A stretch of DNA of 32,000 nt, from assembly GCA_965219535.1 (NCBI GenBank), contig CBDCNV010000002.1:2250001-2282000 (forward strand), read 5' to 3'. A program made the translations under genes and the position numbers. The notes below the pieces were generated by a model, which was given only the letters and a program-made list of their open reading frames with translations, was not told the DNA's origin and did not search any database. The stretch's first letter is position 1, and the number at the start of each line of letters is the position of its first letter. Shown here piece by piece: positions 26,183-32,000 of this stretch. Source of the stretch: Opitutales bacterium (GTDB lineage: Bacteria; Verrucomicrobiota; Verrucomicrobiia; Opitutales; PNEW01).

Positions 26183-27325
26183 TTGATTATCATACTGGCG
26201 GTTTTTCTGGCCGGGGCGGCAACGCTCTGCACGGCTCAAGTGCCGGACGATACCGCGCCGGCGATGAAAGTTAAAAGCCGGAAACTGGTTTTCAAGGCCG
26301 ATCCGAAAGGGTTGGACTGGGCTGCTCGCGGCTCGTTGACGAAAACCAAAAGTGGCCGATGGATCGCAACGTATACACAAGCCGCTCAACATGGTCGAAT
26401 TGTTCCGCAACTCGTTGTTGTTCATACCTCAGATGATGAGGGCCGATCTTGGAGTAAGCCGAACTGCCTGCCTGACGGCACGTCGATCACGGGCGCACCA
26501 CTGAGAGCCGAACATGGTCACGTCGAGCCGGCTGACGGCGGCGTCCTGACATGCCCGAACGGCGATCTGCTGTATATCTCGATGAGTTGTGAACACATCA
26601 AAGGCAAGACGGAGAACTACCAGACTCGTCAGTGGCGAAGTACCGACAACGGCGCCTCGTGGAAGTACGAAGAACGCTCACCTGGGATTCCCGCCAGTGT
26701 GACATTCGCTCTTGGGAAAACTGTCGAAGGCCATTCCATCTACATTACAGCGTTGAATCGCTCCTCCCCGGCCTGGGCAGTGCTGTACCGGTCAGATGAT
26801 AACGCCCACACGTGGAAGATGATCTCGGAGTACGCTGCGAAGAAAGTACGCATCAACGAAACCGGGGTCGTTTGTGTTGATAAAGACACCATCATGGTCG
26901 TCGGCCGTTCGTTCGACGAGGACGTCACGAAAATGCGTATCAGTCGCGATCGCGGCAAGACGTGGGGTCCGATGACCGACATTACCAAGCACGTTCACGT
27001 CGTTCAACAGCCGAAACTGCAAAAGTTTCCTGAAGAACCAGGACGGATTTACCTGACCGGCCGTGACCGCATTCTGGAGTACAAGCAGCGCAACAGTCTG
27101 TGGTACACCGACGACGTCGGCAAGACATGGAAGATGAAGCCGGTTGACGGCGACAATTACTTTGTTGATTCCGGTTACGGTGAGATCCTGAAGCGGAAAG
27201 ACGGCGACCTGTATTATCTAGGATATCGCGGAACCGATGACGCCGCCGACATGTGGGAGTTTGTCCTTGAGTCGGATTACAAGGATGCCCGAGGGACACT
27301 TGTGCCTGAAGGAGGCGGCAATTAA
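26183..27325 (+). CDS. BNR/Asp-box repeat, sialidase-like beta-propeller protein (secreted)
   Basis: Five Asp-boxes: SDDEGRSW, STDNGASW, SDDNAHTW, SRDRGKTW, TDDVGKTW. Hydrophobic N-terminus ILAVFLAGAATLCTAQ. TTG at 26183 is the first start candidate in the open frame. Confidence 0.8.
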   Translation: MIIILAVFLAGAATLCTAQVPDDTAPAMKVKSRKLVFKADPKGLDWAARGSLTKTKSGRWIATYTQAAQHGRIVPQLVVVHTSDDEGRSWSKPNCLPDGTSITGAPLRAEHGHVEPADGGVLTCPNGDLLYISMSCEHIKGKTENYQTRQWRSTDNGASWKYEERSPGIPASVTFALGKTVEGHSIYITALNRSSPAWAVLYRSDDNAHTWKMISEYAAKKVRINETGVVCVDKDTIMVVGRSFDEDVTKMRISRDRGKTWGPMTDITKHVHVVQQPKLQKFPEEPGRIYLTGRDRILEYKQRNSLWYTDDVGKTWKMKPVDGDNYFVDSGYGEILKRKDGDLYYLGYRGTDDAADMWEFVLESDYKDARGTLVPEGGGN

Positions 27326-27386
27326 GATTAAACGCTACGGAGCAAAAACTAACAAGGCTTCCTGGAACGATAATGGTGGAGTGACC

Positions 27387-27734
27387 TTAGAAATAGGTGT
27401 CAGTATCAAGTCCCATTTCACAATGCTGCTTCTTAGCGGCTTCATCATGTAATTGCTTTGCCTCCTCGTCGACTCTACAACACACGCCTTCGAAATTCAT
27501 GGCAAATGCTCGACGATGTCTGCTCGCTGATTGGTTCGGGTCGGCGCGATGAATGACTTCCCCGTGATGGACAACCGCATCACCCGGTTGCATTTGTACA
27601 ACCACCTCCATCCCTTCATCTTTAGGGCTGTAATCAGTGATGCCCTTTGAAAAACCAAGGATCGATGTCATTGCATGCGGTCGAATACCGAGAAGGTGAG
27701 AGCCGCAGAATTCAAAAGGGGTCGGGCTTCGCAT
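27387..27734 (-). pseudogene. C-terminal fragment of a PhyH-family gene (N-terminal half deleted)
   Basis: FCGSHLLG (the GSH motif) and GDAVVHHGEVIHRADPN (distal His) are present. The HxD region and N-terminus are absent. The apparent start codon and first ~7 codons are encoded by one arm of the hairpin repeat at 27715..27781. Confidence 0.6.
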
Positions 27735-27781
27735 CTAAGCATTTTTATTTATTTTGCTAATTTGCGAAGCCCGACCCCTTT
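27715..27781. repeat. Hairpin element copy 1: perfect 19-bp stem, 29-nt AT-rich loop
   Basis: AAAGGGGTCGGGCTTCGCA (27715-27733) pairs with TGCGAAGCCCGACCCCTTT (27763-27781). On the minus strand it is followed by TTTTGAATT, so it could terminate 27822..29183. A related copy lies at 29234..29293. Confidence 0.7.
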
Positions 27782-27821
27782 AAGCTTCCGATATGTTTAG
27801 AGGAAATCCTCGAACGCACAA

Positions 27822-29183
27822 TCACATCCAATCATTAGCCCGTGATACCACTCGCCAGCACCCATCCCCCTCATAACTCGCAATCTCCGACAATGGTACC
27901 GCCGGTATGCCACCACCCCCACGGGGCACTTTACCGGTTGGCAGTAGCGGCAGATTGTACTTATCCCACCAGGGAAGTTCATCAACAACATGGCCCACCA
28001 CAGGTTGCTGGCCAAGATTCCACTCATCGAAGAGATCATTCCCAGGCGCGTGTTTGTCCAATAAGTATTCATTCGAATCTATCATCCATAGGGTGGTCAC
28101 CTCGCGCTCTCCATCGGCGGGATCATCATTGGTGTTGGTTGGAAAGTTGAAGAAGCCATCCATGTTGCAATGAACCCGTGGCCCACCGTGTTTACCCGCG
28201 GCACTCCAGCGTAAATGGCTTCGCTGCCTGACCTTGTTGAAATCCTGTACGGCAGCCATGCGAATGCGACCGCTTTCATGGATGCCGGCTGAGTGCACCA
28301 CCCAACCGTGGCAGAAAATGACATCTCCTGCCTTGCCGGTAAACTCGATGGGCTGCACATTGATCATGATGTCATCGATCGCGGTTTTCGACGATTCAGT
28401 TGCCACCCAGTTCAATGCCTGTGCGGAGGTCGGATAAAGCGACTGTGGTGAGGTTGGGAAAATCGTAAAACCGCCACCCCGTGGTTCAACATCATTGAGG
28501 TAGGTCACCACCATCATCTCAGTCATGTTGTTGTCCGTATGGGGTCCGAGTTTGGAACCCGGGTCCGAGTCGTCATGCGGAAAAACCGAATAGATTCCTC
28601 GATTACGGTGAGGTCGCTTGACCGGACCACCCATTAATGCCTCAGCCATATGGAGCACATTTGGATGGGCTGATGTGGCAGCTACAAAAGCCGGGTCGTG
28701 GCCGATGCCATGCCAGCGCCACACATCATTGACGATGTCACGTGTCAGTTTATGGGCCAATCGGCCAACGCGCTCTCCGATATCGGCATCAGCACGCGGT
28801 TCATTCGGAGTTGGCCAAGGGCCACTTCCCATCCAGTTTTCAGCAAGTCCCCAGCGATTATCTTTTGGCCAATGTTTGCCGGGAGATAACCAGGTACCCG
28901 GATCATCCCGTTGCATCTTTGCTGCCAGCACTGGGGGCTGTTGCCACCACAAGTCGATGATGGAAGAAAATGATTCGGTTGGAACCAGTCCGCGCTTGAT
29001 TACATAACCAAACTCGCGAAACTGGTCGATCTCTTCGCTTGTCAAACCCATTTTGTCGGCACCTGGTGGATCGAGATCCGGTGTGGTCGGACGTGGCGAA
29101 TGCAATGCGGGCTGCCTGGTGTTAAAACTGCTTTCCGCATCCGTCGGTTCGGGAGCTCTATCCTGGTTGTGTGTGGCGGACAT
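27822..29183 (-). CDS. Large PhyH-like Fe(II)/2OG dioxygenase with N- and C-terminal extensions
   Basis: LTSEEIDQFREFGYVIKRGLV, GPHTD (HxD), GGGFTIFPTSP, FCHGWVVHSAGIHESGRIR. RBS AGAGGAAAGG lies before the ATG at 29183. An internal start at MGLTSEE is possible. Confidence 0.7.
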   Translation of the reverse strand: MSATHNQDRAPEPTDAESSFNTRQPALHSPRPTTPDLDPPGADKMGLTSEEIDQFREFGYVIKRGLVPTESFSSIIDLWWQQPPVLAAKMQRDDPGTWLSPGKHWPKDNRWGLAENWMGSGPWPTPNEPRADADIGERVGRLAHKLTRDIVNDVWRWHGIGHDPAFVAATSAHPNVLHMAEALMGGPVKRPHRNRGIYSVFPHDDSDPGSKLGPHTDNNMTEMMVVTYLNDVEPRGGGFTIFPTSPQSLYPTSAQALNWVATESSKTAIDDIMINVQPIEFTGKAGDVIFCHGWVVHSAGIHESGRIRMAAVQDFNKVRQRSHLRWSAAGKHGGPRVHCNMDGFFNFPTNTNDDPADGEREVTTLWMIDSNEYLLDKHAPGNDLFDEWNLGQQPVVGHVVDELPWWDKYNLPLLPTGKVPRGGGGIPAVPLSEIASYEGDGCWRVVSRANDWM

Positions 29184-29233
29184 ACTTACCTTTCCTCTCT
29201 TATAAGTTCAGCGAATTGCAAAAGATTGCAAGT

Positions 29234-29293
29234 GGGGTCAGGTTTCTCCTCTAAGCATTTTTATTAATTCTGCTAAATTGCGAAACCTGCCCC
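29234..29293. repeat. Hairpin element copy 2 (13-bp stem with one mismatch, conserved loop)
   Basis: GGGGTCAGGTTTC pairs with GAAACCTGCCCC(C). The loop core CTAAGCATTTTTATTAATTCTGCTAAATTGCGAA is about 85% identical to copy 1. It lies about 50 nt upstream of the start of 27822..29183. Confidence 0.6.
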
Positions 29294-29487
29294 CTTTTTA
29301 TATCCCTGTTGAGAATAAAACAATCCAAATCGAAATCGAATCTTCAGAACCATGAGATCGATTTCGATAGCGATGAAATAAAATCTCAACCAGACAGTGG
29401 GGAAAATAAAAAGATGACATGGGTGTTGTCATCATTTGCTTCCGATTTTATATGGGCTAATCTAAAGTCAGTTGAAAGGATCAAAAG

Positions 29488-29846
29488 ATGAATAAGAAAA
29501 TCGAAAACACTATCCCCATTCTTCCCGTCAAGAGCATGGAAAAAAGTGTGCAATATTATGTCGACACCCTTGGGTTCAGGGTGGACTGGAAAGGGTCAGT
29601 AGTCGGATCAGTATCACGGGATGGCTGGAGCATCATGGTTAGCGAAACGACGGGAGCATCAGATCCAGGGTGGGTTGGGATTGGTCTGGAGGATGCAACG
29701 CTTTTCGATGAATACAAAAAAAAGGCGTTAAGGTGAATCAGGAACCACAGAATCATTTTTGGGGTTACGAAATGAAGTTTGAAGACATCGATGGGAATGT
29801 TCTCTGGATGGCTACAAGACCCAGAAAAGATATGCCGGAAATATAG
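29488..29846 (+). CDS. VOC/glyoxalase-bleomycin-resistance family protein; full length requires a -1 shift at A_AAA_AAG (29718-29724)
   Basis: The zero frame gives IPILPVKSMEKSVQYYVDTLGFRV ... DEYKKKALR* (stop 29734-29736). The -1 frame from 29724 gives GVKVNQEPQNHFWGYEMKFEDIDGNVLWMATRPRKDMPEI* (stop 29844-29846). That is the expected C-terminal beta-strands of the fold, for about 119 aa in total. Confidence 0.75.
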
Positions 29847-29952
29847 TATCCTGGCCTTTTTTGACATTTGCTTGTCAGCTTCGCGTGAATCGATTGGTTT
29901 CGTATCCCATCAGCCCAGCGTGGAGCTGATAATATTACGGAGGAGCGCGTCT

Positions 29953-31368
29953 ATGATTTACGAGCAAATGTTCAATCAACAGCCGGACAGGGTTGTTCGT
30001 GCTGGTATTATTGGTTTGGGGAATTTCGCAACAGCAATCTTTGCGCAATCGCAAGGCATGCGGAGATTATCGGTACCTGTTATTGCAGACGCGAACCTCG
30101 ATGCAGCCCTCGAGGCGTGCCACCAAGCGGGGATTGAGAAACAGAATACTGCAATCTGTGAAAGTCGCAGTAATGCACTACAAGCGATGGAAGAGGGGAA
30201 GCAGGTCATCCTGTCTGACGCGTCTTTGATGATGGACCTGCCAGTCGATATTGTGGTCGAAGCCACAGGCGTCCCTGAAATGGGTGCACACCACGGACTG
30301 GAGGCGATTCGTCATGGCAAGCATATTGCAATGGTGAACAAGGAGACGGATGCTACGGTAGGTCCCATCCTTAAACACCTGGCCGACCAGGCGGGGGTCG
30401 TCTACACGGCCGTCGATGGCGACCAACATGGTTTACTTATAGGTCTTGTTTCCTGGGCCTGTGAATTAGGATTGGATGTGCTCTGCGCCGGCAAGGCACG
30501 CGATTCTGGTATCCTTCTCGATCCAGCGACAGGGTCTGTGTCTAAAAAGAGTGATGAGGTGGATATCAAAGATCCCCACCTTTTTCAGTTGGTAACGCCC
30601 GATACTGTTTCTGCAAAAATGATGCACCGTCGGGAGGCGCTGGGGACTCTTGCGAATATAGGTTCTTTCGATGTCGAGGAACTGACGATTGCAGCCAATG
30701 CAACGGGACTCGTGCCTGACACTCCTGAGTTGCACGCTCCTGTTGTCCGTACGACCGAGATCCCCCAAGTGCTTTGTCCTACGGAAGAAGGTGGAATCCT
30801 CAGCAATCGAGGGGTGATAGATATGGTGACCTGTATCCATCACTATGGCGAGCCAGGCCTTGGAGGCGGGGTATTTATCGTCGTGTCCTGTGCCAACGAC
30901 TACTCCAGGCGCATTCTGACGGGCAAAGGTTTAATCAGCAATCAGGCAGGTCGTTCTGCTCTCATCTATCGGCCCTACCATCTCTGCGGTGTCGAGACAT
31001 CCATTTCGATTTTGTGTGCTGTGCTTCTGGGTATTTCAACAGCACCTGTGAATTATGTACCCCATTTTGACGTAGTGCTACGGGGCTTGGCGAATTTCAA
31101 AGCTGGTGATTGCGATGAGTGGAGCCGTTACCCGGGAGTGAGCCACTCGCGTAAGTTCAAAGCTCTGATGCAACCGGTGCAATCCATAAGCTCCGGGAAA
31201 CCACTGCCCATGCAAATGCTCGCCGGGAATGTACTGGCAAAGGAAGTGAAAGTCGGCCAGATCATCACGACCGACATGGTCATCGAGCCACGCAATTCAG
31301 TGCTTTGGTCACTACGGGCGCAGCAGGAAGAACACTTCCTAGGAAAAGCTAACAATGACCCATTTTGA
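29953..31368 (+). CDS. NAD(P)-binding oxidoreductase with C-terminal SAF domain (COG4091-like, homoserine-dehydrogenase-related)
   Basis: ATG at 29953 with GGAGGAG upstream. Rossmann motif RAGIIGLGNFATAI. The C-terminal LAGNVLAKEVKVGQIITTDMV is SAF-like. The track start at 29779 would overlap the VOC gene. Confidence 0.6.
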   Translation: MIYEQMFNQQPDRVVRAGIIGLGNFATAIFAQSQGMRRLSVPVIADANLDAALEACHQAGIEKQNTAICESRSNALQAMEEGKQVILSDASLMMDLPVDIVVEATGVPEMGAHHGLEAIRHGKHIAMVNKETDATVGPILKHLADQAGVVYTAVDGDQHGLLIGLVSWACELGLDVLCAGKARDSGILLDPATGSVSKKSDEVDIKDPHLFQLVTPDTVSAKMMHRREALGTLANIGSFDVEELTIAANATGLVPDTPELHAPVVRTTEIPQVLCPTEEGGILSNRGVIDMVTCIHHYGEPGLGGGVFIVVSCANDYSRRILTGKGLISNQAGRSALIYRPYHLCGVETSISILCAVLLGISTAPVNYVPHFDVVLRGLANFKAGDCDEWSRYPGVSHSRKFKALMQPVQSISSGKPLPMQMLAGNVLAKEVKVGQIITTDMVIEPRNSVLWSLRAQQEEHFLGKANNDPF

Positions 31369-31479
31369 CTTCCTTCTGTTTCGTGAAAGTGCTTGCTTAG
31401 GGTTATCCGATTCAGGACGATTTTGTTTTCACAAAGATATCGAATATCATAAATTTCAACGGAGTAGAGGAGTTCAAAA

Positions 31480-32000
31480 ATGCCAGACCTGGAAGTCCGC
31501 CGATTAGGACGCACAGAGATGAAAACGAAGGCGCTTGGATTGGGTTGCGGACATCTGGGTTATCCGCAGCGGCCGGATGAAGAGGCGATGGCAACGATTC
31601 GTGAAGCTATAGAGCAGGGGATCGATTTTGTCGATACGTCTCCGTTCTACGAGGAAAGCGAGTATCGTGTAGGATTGGCATTGGCTGGCGGTTGGCGAGA
31701 AAAGGTCTACCTTCAAACCAAGGTGGGTTCTCATCCACGGTTCCTCCGCGATTTTTCAAAAGAAGCGACGACGTGGAGCTTGGAGAACAGCTTGAAGCAG
31801 CTTCAGACAGAGTACCTGGATTCAGTGTTGATTCACGGTCCGCGCTACGACATTGAAGCACCGTTAGGTGAGTGTTTGGATGTATTGGTAGAATGGAAGT
31901 CGAAAGGGCGCATCGGTCACATTGGCATCGGTGTGCGCCAACCTGAATTTCATCGCCGGGCGATTGAAACGGGCGAAATAGATATTGTGCTGTCTTTCCT
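31480..32000 (+). CDS. Aldo/keto reductase family oxidoreductase, 3'-partial (runs off window end)
   Basis: ATG at 31480 with GAGGAG upstream, open to nt 32000. LGLGCGHLG, GIDFVDTSPFYEESEYRVGLAL, VYLQTKVG, SLKQLQTEYLDSVLIHGP, GRIGHIGIG. It is absent from the ORF track because no stop lies in the window. Confidence 0.8.
   Translation, partial: MPDLEVRRLGRTEMKTKALGLGCGHLGYPQRPDEEAMATIREAIEQGIDFVDTSPFYEESEYRVGLALAGGWREKVYLQTKVGSHPRFLRDFSKEATTWSLENSLKQLQTEYLDSVLIHGPRYDIEAPLGECLDVLVEWKSKGRIGHIGIGVRQPEFHRRAIETGEIDIVLSF

Noticed and set aside
29309-29491. 60-aa ORF upstream of the VOC gene, plus the local inverted repeat ATCGAAATCGA / TCGATTTCGAT (about 29330-29370)
   Set aside because: The ORF starts at a non-ATG codon, has low-complexity content and no RBS. 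The 11-bp inverted repeat is real and could be an operator or hairpin, but with a single copy and no nearby regulator I cannot support a call.
29779-29952. Upstream extension of the SAF-domain oxidoreductase ORF (track start 29779)
   Set aside because: It would overlap the -1 frame C-terminus of the VOC gene. The ATG at 29953 has a GGAGGAG RBS and is followed almost at once by the Rossmann motif.

Overview
This 32-kb window looks like an accessory catabolic locus. Gene content suggests a marine PVC-type bacterium (Verrucomicrobiota/Planctomycetota-like), but that is inference only. Three things dominate. (1) There are eleven phytanoyl-CoA-dioxygenase (PhyH) family Fe(II)/2-oxoglutarate dioxygenase genes or fragments, plus one 45-nt relic. 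(2) There are four sodium:solute symporter (SSS) genes plus one relic. Two of the four carry an N-terminal NanM-like Kelch beta-propeller, and two form a tandem pair roughly 85-90% identical by eye. (3) The rest is a mix of accessory enzymes: cupin, alpha/beta hydrolase, MlrC/M81-like peptidase, SDR, GHL10-like TIM barrel, BNR/sialidase-like propeller, VOC/glyoxalase, SAF-domain oxidoreductase and aldo/keto reductase. No rRNA, tRNA or CRISPR array was recognised. The locus carries many lesions: an in-frame TGA, an in-frame TAG, two -1 frameshifts at slippery-looking heptamers, three truncated genes, an IS110 remnant and a microhomology deletion scar. It also holds unusual repeats. A (CAGTGAA)n heptamer microsatellite is built into the stop codons of the SSS paralogs. 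Two families of long hairpins show compensatory stem changes. There is also an octamer repeat and REP-like palindromes. Base composition is mosaic, with blocks of about 40-48% GC next to blocks of about 52-68% GC (hand counts on sample lines). Functional calls come from motif recognition by eye; no database search was possible.
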